NCBI GenBank assembly: GCA_013265495.1
Contig: MU058103.1
Coordinates: forward strand, 186,001 to 250,000
DNA length: 64,000 nucleotides
Direction: 5' to 3'
Source of the DNA: Vicugna vicugna
Lineage: Eukaryota
Below the pieces are notes generated by a model that was not told the DNA's origin, made no database searches, and saw only the letters and a list, made by a program, of their open reading frames with translations. Numbering within the stretch: position 1 is the stretch's first letter; each line of letters begins with the position of its first letter. Position numbers and translations under genes: made by a program. This document shows positions 12,201 to 24,208 of the stretch, piece after piece.

Positions 12201-12659
12201 TTTGAGTTTCTTTACATGTCATTGTGATCAGGAGAATTTGTTAGGTCTGTAGAATTCTTGGGAAGAAACCTGGAATGTGGATATTCAAGAATTAGCACTA
12301 TGGGTTCTGGATATGTTATATACAGATAAAAATGCTAAGAAAGACTTATAAATCATAAAGCAGATGTGGTTTTGTTATTATTAAGAAATTTAAAGACAAT
12401 ACAGTGTATTCAGTGGAGGCATGAAAAGATTCAGAACTTAGGGAAAGAACCCATTGAGTTTATCTGCCTCTTTTAAGAAGCTCGCCTACATTCTCCAGAT
12501 TTGACTTGTTTAACCTTCAATCAAAGAACTCAGCACCATGCAGACCATAGGTTTTTAATCCAGGTAGTAATTACTATTTGTCAAGTATTCCACTACTAGA
12601 AATGAAAGGCTTTCATGGCTCACATATTTCCTGACCTGATGAGAATGGACTTAAGGACC

Positions 12660-12957
12660 TGTTATCTACATGGTGCCACATGGTCTTTCCTTAGTGTTGA
12701 TCACACTACGACTTTCCCTCAGACCTAATGATGATGAGAGAGAATAAGTGAGAGTGAGAGCTAGAGAGCAAGGAAGCAAGAGGGAAGAGCAGGCAAAATG
12801 CCCTTTATAACCAATCTTAAAAGTGACATACCACCCCTTCTGCCATATTCTCCTGGCCACACAGACCAACTCCAGTACATTGTAGGAGGGGATAATACAA
12901 AGTGTGTTTGCCAACAGGAGAGGATCATGGGGGGCTCACTTGGAGGCTTGTCAGTCG
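12660..12957 (-). mobile_element. MLT1F-like MaLR LTR fragment
   Basis: aagtgacataccaccccttctgccatattct...cacacagaccaac...ggatcatgggggctcacttggaggct is the reverse complement of the recalled MLT1F 5' part. Confidence 0.8.
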
Positions 12958-13589
12958 TTATTATGGATATAGTACTTACAAGGAAACATATCCTATAGCA
13001 AATAGTTAGATACTGGAAAGCACTAGCAGGCACTATTGGGTAGTATTAAAATATATAGCATTTGGATTTCCTAGATAAACAGCACTACACAAAATCATGT
13101 GGTGAAGAAGTCAGTATAATGACATACTTGCTTCCAAAATGTTGACTTTTTTCATAGAACTCTACTCATAGGATTTCTACAAAATATGCATCTAAAGTCA
13201 TTAATATTTGATTTTTTTTTGCAAGAACAATCCGTTATTAACAACAAACAGGACTACACTCACTTACAAAACACCAACAGCTTCTTTCCTATGTATTCCT
13301 GTCCTGTTCCTAGGACTGTTAACCTTGACTTTAAACTCCAAGTGTCAGCATTTCCTGTTCTTGCTTTTTACCTGAATTAAAGGATTTTTTAAAATCTATA
13401 ATGTTGCCATGTTGCTTATGATGCCTTAATTCTCAGAGGAGAATTATAATGATTTTCCCTATTTTTTTCCCAATCTCTCAATGTAATTTTTCTAGAGATT
13501 CAGAAAAAATGTATTAATTTACTGAGAAATGCTGAAAAGTAATTTCTGCATGGAAACACTACCATCCATTGGTTTTTTGAGTAAAATCC

Positions 13590-13758
13590 AAGCACAGGGC
13601 AGCCAGTTAAATTTGAATTACAAATGAAAAACATTTTTTTAGTATAAATATGAATCATGCAATATTTGGGACATGGTCCTACTGAAAAATAATGTTGTTT
13701 ATATGAAAATCAAGTTTAATTGGCATCCTCTATTTTTATTTGCTAAATCTGGCTACCA
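13590..13758. mobile_element. MER53 palindromic hAT MITE
   Basis: ccagttaaatttgaatt...ttttttagtataaatatg...catgcaatatttgggacat...gttgtttatatgaaaatcaagtttaattggcatcctctatttttatttgctaaatctggc. Confidence 0.85.
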
Positions 13759-14104
13759 GAGGAGACCAGCATTCTGTGACACTGGGGTCCACCTGAGCAG
13801 CACGTTCTCTTTAAGCCACCAAATCTACCACCTTCTGGTGTTGAACTGTTTTTATGGCTCACATTCAAGTATATTTCCCGCTGCCTTCTCTCCATTTGGA
13901 ACAGGTATTCCTCTGAATCCTAACTTGTATGGGCTTCTGGGTTCCAGCCCTTTCCAGCTCCTTTCATCAGGAGCTGAATCCTCCTAGACCCACAGTCACT
14001 TCCTGGAGGCTATCGTAGATAGAAGAGATTATCCAGAACTATAGGAATACCCTCCCTGACTCAGTAAAAGTGACCACTGTTTCAACTTTGGAATTAATGA
14101 GAAC

Positions 14105-14123
14105 TGTCCACTAGATGGCATCA
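14105..14123 (+). promoter_or_regulatory. Candidate CTCF binding site
   Basis: tgtccactagatggcatca fits the core consensus CCASYAGRKGGCR exactly, in non-repeat sequence. Confidence 0.6.
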
Positions 14124-14954
14124 TACCTGACTTTATTGCACAAACTGATCCCTTGTTCTCTTTGACTGGGAATGATATATCTAAATTCTTTCCTGAGTTA
14201 GTTTTCTCTCAGTTTAGAAAGAAAGTTTAGGAAGATGCACCATAGCCCGCAGGGATCACCTGGTTTTAGCAGGCTTGACTTCCTCCCGCCTTGCTCAGCG
14301 ATGACCTTGCATGTGCTTTTGTTATATCAAAAGGACACAAATGAGGTTGGCCCAGGAGTAAGCCAAAGTCAAAGTAAGGAGTTTGGATATTTTTCATCTT
14401 GTAATTCTAGACCTTTTCCAATCAAAGGTCAAACTTTGATGACGTGTTAATCCTCTGATGAGGCTGAAACTAAAAAACCAGGCTGAGCACTTTGAGATTA
14501 GGAAGGAGAGCCAGGATGCTGCTTCTTACCAAAGCTGTCAGTGTCAAAATATATCCAGTCAAGAGGAGAAAGCAGCATCCCATCTCAAAAATGAGGCCAG
14601 AGTTCAAGCTAGAAGTGTGTTCCCAAATAATCTTCAAAGGAAAAATGCTTCGGCAAGAATGACTTGCAGAAGTGCATGTTCAAATTTGGGAAGGAGAGGC
14701 AGAGAAATTGGGAACAAGACCTGCTAGGAAAAGAAAAGGAAACTGAAGGCCATTCAGATTTATTTCATCCTTCACTGGACAGAAAGACCTTAGCAGAGCC
14801 TCTCCATGTGGATAACAGTGCACATGCAGGGGAAGAGAAAGCCCATTGACAGAAACTGTGCAGCTGGTCAGTGTCCAAAGCTTATGTTTGTTACCTTCCC
14901 ATTGCTGTATTTCTCTCTTCTCACAGGCCCTGGACGCTATGCATATGTCTGAAG

Positions 14955-15150
14955 CAGCACTGCCGTAGTAACAGATAAAAGTATAATGTCTGTAGACAGA
15001 TTGCAGATGTCTAACCTATCATTTGCTCTCTGTGTGGTTTTTGGGAAATGTACTTAATCCCTGTGCCTAAATTGCCTCATCTGATTGCCATGAGGGTTGA
15101 ATGGATTGCATAGAAAAATGTCTGGCATATGAGGAATATATAAGTATCAG
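14955..15150 (+). mobile_element. MIR SINE relic followed by a compound TGC/TTTTTG/TTA/TCA microsatellite (to about 15216)
   Basis: gggaaatgtacttaatccctgtgcctaaattgcctcatctg...tgtctggcatatgaggaatata. Confidence 0.7.
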
Positions 15151-15284
15151 ATGCTGCTGCTGCCGTTGTTTTTGTTTTTGTTTTTGTTGTTATTATTATT
15201 ATTATCACCATCATCAGTGCTATTTGGTCAACAGGAGCTTCTGGCGATGTGCCCCTGGGAAGTGGAAAAATAGGCCAACTGGAA

Positions 15285-15490
15285 GGGAACTAATTCCTCC
15301 TGAATGTCCAATATGTAGGAAGCAACGTTCTAAGAGCTTTGCTCCCAACATATTTAATCTACATTGCCATCAAGATAGATCATATCATGCCCACTTGGCA
15401 GATAGAGAAACAGTGAGGTTTAGGAAGGGAACCAAACCAGATGAGGGTTACATGACTGCAAAGTGATGGGGTCAGAATTTAAATACTACG
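15285..15490 (-). mobile_element. MIR SINE relic
   Basis: catatttaatct...cccacttggcagatagagaaacagtgaggtttagg...tcagaatttaaa. Confidence 0.65.
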
Positions 15491-16261
15491 GTGTCATTTT
15501 TGAAGGTTTCTATTAATTTTACACAGGAGAATTCTCAGAAAGGAGGCAGTTCAACTCTTTCTTGACCTCAAAAAGCAGGTGATTGTGTTTTTATGAGGAA
15601 AGTGACCTGAGACATATATCTTTTGCATCTTTTACTGGTATCATGGCATCTTCTGATGCTGGTTCTAAAGAAACAGGTTAGATGAATAAACTATTCAAAA
15701 AACATTGGCAGGAGTAGAGGGCAGGCAGGGAGCATTGAGAATGATTTCAATAGCCATGTGCTTCCTTCCTAGGTTTTGGGGATATAAAGGTATAAAAATA
15801 ACTTGGAATGTACCACAAAACAGTTCACAGCTGCCTTTGTTACTGACAGCTTTATTTCACACACACACAAAGTTGAAACTTCCTGTTTTCCATACGGACC
15901 CATGCTTTGCTCTGAATACATATCACCTAGATATTCAAGATATTATTAAATCAAAAGATTATATAAAACAATGAGACTGATACTAGAGAGAGCTTTAAGA
16001 TAGGGATATAATCCCTAGAAAGAGATTTTTTTGTCTCCTATTAATGGATCACACCAAATGCCTAAGGCAGAAAGAGATGTGAAGAATTGTGTAAACTGTC
16101 TTTCCTTTTATGCAGACAATTCCAGTGCTTTGTTTTAACTTGGTAATTACATATCTTTAGTCAGAATTACTTACATCCTTGCTCTTCGTTTGATAACTTA
16201 CAAATGAGACATGTTTAGGACAAAGACACCCTGTGGGAATCTAATAAAGCACTTACGAATT

Positions 16262-16378
16262 TCTACTCTCAGCGACTACTACCGTTACTCCTGCTGCGGC
16301 TGCTACAATTCCTGACACTACTGTTACTGCTGCTGCTGCTCGTGCTGCCGCTGTTCTTGCTGCTACTACTAACATTAC
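16262..16378. repeat. Degenerate CTG/CTA trinucleotide low-complexity tract
   Basis: Sustained 3-nt periodicity, e.g. actactaccgttactcctgctgcggctgct...actgctgctgctgct...gctgctactact. Confidence 0.85.
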
Positions 16379-16549
16379 GCAGTTCCTTGGCATTATAGGG
16401 TTCCTACTGCCTGCTGACCTTGTGCTGAGTGCTGCTCTCACCTGAGTTATCCTGTAACCCTGATAAGAGCACTACATGTAAAGAAATTGAAGCTTAGATT
16501 GTCGAAAGAATTGATTGTTCTCCTAGTAGGATAGTTCGTCTCTTGGCTC

Positions 16550-16730
16550 CCTGGGCAATTAAGCAAATTATCTGAAAATTACTTTGGATGATTCAACCCA
16601 CTCTGAGCCTCAATCCCCTCATCTATTAAATGGAAATAGCAGTGTCTCCCCCATTGGAAGGGGTCTTATGAAATTGAATGAAATAGTAAATAGAAGCACT
16701 CTAAACAAAGAACAAATGCTGCCTATTATT
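16550..16730 (+). mobile_element. MIR SINE relic
   Basis: ttcaacccactctgagcctcaatcccctcatctattaaatggaaatag...aaattgaatgaaatagt. Confidence 0.75.
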
Positions 16731-16979
16731 GTTTAATGGATCTGCCTTAGTGCACAAAGTTTTGTGTGACATCATTTAGCAAAAGCAGTTATCCCACAGA
16801 CGCTGGGTAAATGAAGCCTGGTTATAATATGCTAGGTCTGAAAATGGTAGAGTCAGTGTGTCAAAAGATGAACCAAATACCTAATCGGAGCAGAAATTTT
16901 CTTGCATCTTGAATGAGAATGAGGAAGTAGGTCAATACCAGAGACCAGCAGGAGCTGGGGCAGAGGCTCTGGAAGGGCT

Positions 16980-16998
16980 CCTCCACCAGAGGGCAGCT
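16980..16998 (+). promoter_or_regulatory. Candidate CTCF binding site
   Basis: cctccaccagagggcagct, core CCACCAGAGGGCAGC at 16983-16997, inside a locally GC-richer non-repeat patch. Confidence 0.65.
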
Positions 16999-17159
16999 TG
17001 AGCACTTGCTGGACTGAGGTGTGTGTGAGGCCAGTGCCATCACTAATGAAAAGCTTTAATTTAATACATTTAGGTCTTTTTCTAAGAAGATTTACTTGTT
17101 TGCATGTCTGATCAAAGCAGAAAACTTCACTGAATGGTATTTGCCTTTATTAAATGAAG

Positions 17160-17242
17160 AAACAAATTTCTTCTGTATAGCACAGGGAACTATATTCAAT
17201 ATCTTGTAATAACCTTTAATGACAATGAATGTGAAAACAAAT

Positions 17243-17301
<59 letters not shown>

Positions 17302-17398
17302 TAGCTACACACACACACACACACACATGACTGGAATATTGTGCTGTACATCAGAAATTGACACATTGTAGCTGACTACTTTAATAAAAACAAACAAA
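17160..17398 (+). mobile_element. Lineage-specific L1 3'-end fragment containing a compound (CT)11(AT)10(AG)7..(AC)n microsatellite
   Basis: ctgtatagcacagggaactatattcaatatcttgtaataacc...tgtgctgtacatcagaaattgacacattgtagctgactac plus A-rich tail. Confidence 0.9.
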
Positions 17399-18469
17399 CT
17401 CCTCTTGAGCAGGAAAAAAAAGAATTATATGGAGTTTTTCAAGAGTTCCTTCTTTGGGAGGAGTTTCTCTTAGCAATAACTGTACACATGAACATAAGTA
17501 CTTTGATTTGTGTTTGTCAGTGTATATGGTTTATGCATTTGCAGGCTATGTGTATATGTATCTATCCATCTATGAGCATGTGTTGCATGTGTGCTTATAC
17601 ATATTTGTTAACTAATATTTTACAGATATGCATTAGATTCCTGTTAACCAACTTTCAGAACTCCATGTTCACCACACACATTTTCAATTTTGAACAAAAT
17701 TTCCAGTAATAAATATATTTTTCTTAATCATTTTTGCATCTGGATCTTCACAACAGTTTTTACATTTTGGTTTATACATGAGGGAATTGAGGCTTATGGA
17801 TTTTAAACAATTTCCCTCAGGCCACACCCCTATATGTGCATGTGAATGCAGTGGGAACTAAATTCTGTGGCTTTTCAGTTGACACTATACCAAGCTCTGT
17901 CACTCATACCTTACTGTTTCAATTCAAGTTAAAAAATTAAACCTCTCTCTGCCTCACTCTATTTCTGTTAGTAAGTAATGAGGTTTTCCTACAGAATGAT
18001 AGACATTCTTGTACATTTTGCTACATGTGCATACATGCATATACATTTGTCTGCAAATGTGTGTATATAAAGCCATATGCAATTTATCATAATTTGATTT
18101 CAAACAAAGCTGAAATAACTAGATAATTTAGATTTAGACAAATTTAATAAGCAAGCACCTATAATATAGATGTAGTCTACTAGGATATGTATAGATAAGA
18201 ATATTACTGTCTTGCAGTTAAGATAATTCTGATAGTGGATGTGCTCAGCGTGGTACAGGAATGTAGATCAGGGAAGAGCTCTTTTACGACTTTTGTCATG
18301 ATGGTTTTAGGAGACTGGATTCATCAGATACAGTTTAACACAGAAAACTGGCACCGTTCCTTTTAATATAAGCTCCATGGATAAGACAATTCAGAACAGA
18401 CGTCATATAATCTATCATTTTGTCCCTAAGATAACACATTGTGTATAACTCCAAAGGTGTTTTTAAAAT

Positions 18470-18680
18470 GATTCTAACAATGTTGTGTTAATTTCTGGTG
18501 TACAGCATAGTGATTCAGGTATGTATATATTCCTTTTCATATTCTTTTTCATTATAGGCTATTACAAGATATTGGATATAGTTCCCTGTGCTGTAGAATA
18601 GGACCTTGTTTATCTTTTCTGTATATAGTAGTATGTATCTGCAAATCTTGAACTCCCAATTTATCCCTCTACCCCATCTC
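18470..18680 (-). mobile_element. L1 3'-end fragment
   Basis: acaatgttgtgttaatttctggtgtacagcatagtgattcag...gatatagttccctgtgctgtagaataggaccttgtt. Confidence 0.9.
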
Positions 18681-20199
18681 TAATATTTTAAAATACCAAA
18701 ACTCTGCATTCTCATATAACAACGTTGAGTTAAAAGGTTCGTTTTAAAGTGTATAATTCAAGTTTTTTTATTCCATAGAGAAGAAAACTGATACATTGAT
18801 GTAAAATTAGTTCACCAAGGTCATAAGTTTAAAGAGACATCAAAGTATCATAAGAAAGTGCCATCCTATTTGTCAATGAAGAACGAATGATTCCATTTCA
18901 AAACTATAATGAAATGTGATTCAACAAAATTTAAATGAATATTATCAGCCTCTTAATTTATAATGTTAATCAATTAATTAAATGTGTATATGATAATCAT
19001 CTATTCCCAGCACAGCTTATCTGCTTCTATGTCTCCTGTGAGTATTTGCATTTGTTTTGAGTAGTGGAATTTAAATCAATGAATGTCAACCACAAAGATT
19101 GAAATTCTTAACTTGATACTTAATATGTGTTAACTCTGACAGTCACAATAGTACTCACACTGACTGGAGCCAGTGTTTGAGGTAAAGAATGCTGAAGGAA
19201 AATACTGTAGAGTCATAGCTCTAGAAGCTTCCTTCAGTGACTAGTTAGAATCGAACTTTATAATACTTCTGTGTTTACCGGTCCACCTACGTTTCCACAT
19301 ATAGTATCTAATATATGCCTTAGATATTGACAATCTCTATTCCTGATATAAAGTGGCCTTTGGATTCTTAAGAATTATGACTCGATAAAAACTAACAATC
19401 CTCTAGTTAGTATATGTAGGAGGGAGAAGTAGCTTTAATACGAAAGACTTATAAGAAATTCCACAGGTTTGCAGTGTAATTAATCAATCATCTGCATGGA
19501 GAAACACTTCTAAGCTCTATTTAATAACATGGAATGTAACAATTCTGAATAATTTCCCACAATCAATTAAAAAATCTTTACCACTTTAAATTTGCATACC
19601 ACGAAATAGCAAAATAATTCTATGGTGGCCCACTTTGGTTTTATTGCTAGTACCCATCAATCAGTGAGTGCAAGTTTGTTTCCATATCTTTGCCTCTGAG
19701 TATTGCAAAACAACTGCAAGTAATTTAAATGCAGTACTGACTTGCCATCTAAAGGCTTTAAGAAATTAGACATTTTCAAAAGACAAGTGGGAAAGTAGCA
19801 CAGAAAAGAATTTGGATTTGGAGATGAGGGTAACAGGAGAGTTTAGACTTGTCGGAAAATGCAGAATTGATGCTGACTTCATAGAAAGAAATGGAAAGGA
19901 GTATTAGTTGAAAGAAAGATGTATCAGGCAGTTGTTCAGAAATGGTTTCATTTACAGTACAGTTTCTTACACAGAGCCCTTCATCCACTGGTAATTTCCT
20001 TGTTCCCCCTTTCCTGGCAAATTAAATGTAGTAGGAACTCATTAATATCTATCAAGTAAATACACAAAGCCCATGGGTGTATATTATTAAATGTATTTAT
20101 ATAGAAATGAGGGAACTGACATAAATTATATCAGGGTCTTCTTAGCAGTGACATCTCTGATAATTGGATACTGGGAAACAGTGACCTTGATTTTCCCTG

Positions 20200-22050
20200 T
20201 GTCTTAAACAGCAGCTAACTGATGCTGTCTTAGGAGTCTTTCCCATCCAGTTAAAGTATCCATCTCAAAGACTAGGGTCTTACGGTAGTGTGCAAACTGA
20301 TTGTTCAGGTTTGGTTGAGGGATTTTGTCTTCCAGAAACCTATAAACACACACACCCACATTCACACACACGCATGCTATGCAGTATGCAATGGTAGGTA
20401 CAAGACGGGGCACCCACAGTAGAAACTCTTCTTTAGAAAAGGGAAGAATGTGGAAACCACAGCAGTCACTGGCCCATACCATTGATAGAATCTTACTTGA
20501 TAGGTATTGTGAAAAACTGTAGTTGAAAAAAATCCTTGAATAGAAACTAGATGTGCTTTTTGAGATAATTCCTTTGTCATTATTCCACATGGTTCCTGGT
20601 TCTGAGTTCCGGAAAGTTGTTTCTTGTTCAGTCTCCTCAGTGGAGATCTGAAGTGAGTTTTGCAAAGTGTACCCTTTGGGTTGCTGCTTGTCAGTGAATA
20701 TTTAGAGGCCTGAGAACTGTTTCCCAGTCATGGGCTTTTGGGGCAATATAAACTTCCTTGAAAACTTTTGAGGGAATTTTAATCCATTGGCCTCCATAAA
20801 TATCATGCTAACATATAGTCAGTCAAAACAACTGAATTTCTTTCATAAACACAGATCTCATGTCTGCATATTTCTTTGCTGCTTCCTCAGCTCCACACAT
20901 CCCCCTTCTGTTTCTCTCTCTGTCCCTCTCTCCATTCATCCTTTTCTCTCATTCTTAATTTATTTTTTATCAAAAATCTTAATCCCTTTGTTCAATTTAT
21001 AATTGTTAATAGAGTTCTGTTTTTCCAAGTATTTATCAATCTCATTTCTAACTACATTAAATCCAGCAACAATGAACTTTTCCAACTCTGCAAAGCCTCA
21101 AATTTTCTGGATTCTCTATTTCCTTCATTTATGCACTCAAAGCAAGTAATTCTTCTAATTTCATTTTTTTTAATGAAGTATAATTGATTTATAATGTTGT
21201 GTTAGTTTCTGGTATATAACATAGTGATTCAGAATATACACATTTTCTTTTTTATTATAGGTTATTCCAAGCTATTGAATATACTTCCCTGTGCTATGCA
21301 GTAGGACCTTGTTGTTTATCAATTTTATGTATAGTGGTTTGTATCTGCTAATCCCAAACTCATAATTTATCCCTCTCTCCCTTTCCTCTTTGGTAACTGT
21401 GAGACTATGAGTGTATTTCTGTTTTGTAAATAAGTTCATTTGTCTCATTCTTTTAGATTCTACATATAAGTGGTCATAGGAGGCTTGTCTTTATCTGTCT
21501 GACTTACTTCACTTAGTATGACAATCTTAAACTCTAACCGTGTTGCAGCAAATGGCATTATTTCATTATTTTTTATGGCTGAGTAGTATTCCATTGTGTA
21601 AATACACCACATCTTCTTTATCCATCTGTAGATGAACATTTAGTTTGCTTCCATGTCTTGGCTGTTGTAAATAGTGCTGCTATGAACACTGGGGTGCATG
21701 TTTCTTTTCAATGTGGAGTTTTCTCTGGATATATGCCCAGGAGTGGGATTCAAAGGGACTAATTCTTTGTGGAGCTCATCTGTTTTGTTTACTGTCTTAA
21801 CATGGAAAGTGATAGCTAACATATGCTAGTATTTTGGTTTTTCCACCTCTCTCCACTTAAGCTAGAGACTTATGGGCACTTGGTCTGCCTTTCAAGTTAT
21901 TATAGGCAAGAGCTTTACCAAGCATTATACCACTGAATTAAATGATTCTCCGTTTTTCCAGGGGCTCCAATTCACATTTCCTTGTCACTTTCCAACACCA
22001 TGTAGTTCATATTTTTGTTACAACAACATCTAACTTCAATGGACTGATTT
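20200..22050 (-). mobile_element. MaLR internal region (MLT1-int) interrupted by an L1
   Basis: MaLR-int-like segments gcagtcactggccc and tctgcctttcaagttattatagg...ctttaccaag...ttccaggggctccaat...tttttgttacaacaacatc leading directly into an MLT1 LTR. Left boundary uncertain. Confidence 0.55.
21164..21750 (-). mobile_element. 5'-truncated L1 (3'UTR plus end of ORF2)
   Basis: T-run, aagtataattgatttataatgttgtgttagtttctgg, then gagtagtattccattgtg...tgtaaatagtgctgctatgaacactggggtgcatg...gagtgggatt. Confidence 0.93.
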
Positions 22051-22440
22051 TTGTATCATTTTGCATAAGATATTCTGCAATAATAAATAGACCCAAAATG
22101 TATAATGGCTCAAAAACAGCCTGAGGTTGAGGTTTCTGATCTGTAAGTGGTTCTCTTCTTACAAAGACCTGTCCTCTTCTTGGTCCACCATCCTCTATGG
22201 CCTTGTCATCATTGTGCCTTGCTGACAGGGGAACTAGTATGGGGGCCCACAGGGAACACACTCACCTCTTGAAAATATTGGCCTCAAAATGATACATATT
22301 ACTTCTGTTCATATCCCATTGACTGCAACTCAGGCACATGGCTACACCACACTGCAAAAGAAGCTGTGAAATGTAGTCTAGTTGTGTGTCAGGAAAAAAA
22401 AGAACAAATAAATGTTTGTTAACATCTTTGCCTGCCATAC
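22051..22440 (-). mobile_element. MLT1I/J-like MaLR LTR
   Basis: tattacttctgttcatatcccattgactgcaactc...cacatggctacacc...gctgtgaaatgtagtctag...tgccata. Confidence 0.75.
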
Positions 22441-22732
22441 TTCTCTTTGACAATTTCTCTATGGTTAAGGTAGCCTGATCACTAAAAATAAATTGATGTA
22501 TTAAGCATTATTTTCTGTAAGAAGATGAAGGTGGTGAATAATTGATACAGAATGGTTATGTGGTCATCTCATAATTCTTTTTTTTTTTCACCAGTTGATA
22601 AATTGTAAGCTCCTTCAAGAAAGGACTCAGGGTCTTATATCTTAAGTATAGATAGTGGCTTAAATGTGAATATGGTGGCATAATTATGTGAAGAAATAAT
22701 TGTTTTTCTATTCATTGTTTAATGCTCTAGAG

Positions 22733-22946
22733 CAGAGTTCAGCAGTTTTTTCTATATGGCCAGAGAGTAGACAATTTAAGTCTTTTTGTCCATGTGGTCT
22801 CTGTCACAGCTATGCAAATCTGTTTTAGTGCAAAAGCAGTGAAAAACAATAAATAAATGAATAAGTGTGGCTGTGTTCCAAAAAAGTTTATTTATAAGAA
22901 CTGACAGCAGTCAGGAGTTTGGGCACTGGATGTAATTATCACTTTG
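22733..22946. mobile_element. MER58A hAT-Charlie MITE
   Basis: ggccagagagtagacaattt...ggtctctgtcacagcta...gtggctgtgttccaaaaaagtttattt; preceded by ctctagag, a Charlie-type target. Confidence 0.85.
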
Positions 22947-23932
22947 CTCTTACCAGTTGTATGATATAAAACAATTTTCTTAGACTCTCTGAGTCTCTGA
23001 ATGTAATTCCAATGTAAAGTAGGATAGCTATAGCCCATAGTTAGTTTTACATATTATATATGATATTGTATGAGAAGCCCCATCATTGAGGCTCAAGCAG
23101 AGGAAATGCTCACTCAGTAGACACCTATTATCATTGCATCTATTCCGTGTCAAATGTTTATAGATAAGAAAACTAATTTTGAATGTCTTTTTAGTATTTT
23201 AATAGAGTAAAGGACATGGGAGAATTGAAACTACATTATTTTTCCTTTTAGTTCTCATTATGATTTCGACAATGGATACTCAATAAATATTTAACTAAGG
23301 ACTTGAGGACTGGTGCATCTATGTTGTCACGTACTAGTCACAAGAGGCTCCATAATGGTGCTGTGGAGCAGTGATTCTTAAGCTTCCCAGTGTTACATTA
23401 CTTCCATTATTGTATCAAAGAACTGGGATCCCAGCATGATGGAAATAAAAGAACACTTTATTCTGAGAAAGATATGAGGATGTTTATAGACATTGTGTTG
23501 CTGCATTTATCCTTGATGGTAAATTTTCAAGACAGGATTACTGCTTTAGTATTGATGGAAACCATTTTTATAGCTCTAGCTCTAAAACAAATAATTTTGC
23601 TCAGTTTTGATATGTATAATGATATAGATGAGAACAATGATATTGCCATGGTAACTGTAAAGCCTAAAGATAATAATGATTTTTAAATTAAAATAGTATT
23701 ATTGTTACGTAGGGTTGGTAGGAAAAATCTGCAATACTGGTTAAAGGATAAGTGAGGGATGGTGGATTATTAAGAATTTTTTGAAAAACCTATAGCCCAT
23801 TGAGATATTTTCTGGTCCCTCCCTGGTTATGCTTGTAGTTGGTTAAAAACAACTCTGTAGAGAACCTGGGAGAAAAAAAAATCTGTATTCCCTCCTAGAC
23901 TTCAAATTTATGTGAATAGAGTTTTTTAAAAA

Positions 23933-24208
23933 TTTTTTTATTGAGTTATAGTCAGTTTACAGTGTTGTCTCAATTTCTGTTGTACAGCATTAATAGTTCA
24001 GTCATACACATATATACATACATGAAAATGAATAGGTTGCTACAAGACATTGAATATAGTTCCCCATGCTATACAGTAGAAACTTGTTTATTTTGTATAT
24101 AGTAGTTAGTATCTTCAAATCTTGAACTCCCAATTTATCCCTTCCCACCCCCTCACCTCTCTGGTAACCATAAGTTTGTTTTCTATGTCTGTGTGTCTAT
24201 TTCTGTTT
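23933..24208 (-). mobile_element. L1 3'-end fragment
   Basis: ttttttattgagttatagtcagtttacagtgttg...ctggtaaccataagtttgttttctatgtctgtg. Confidence 0.9.

Noticed and set aside
15101..15466. 121-aa Cys/Tyr/His-run ORF
   Set aside because: The runs come from a compound microsatellite between two MIR relics.
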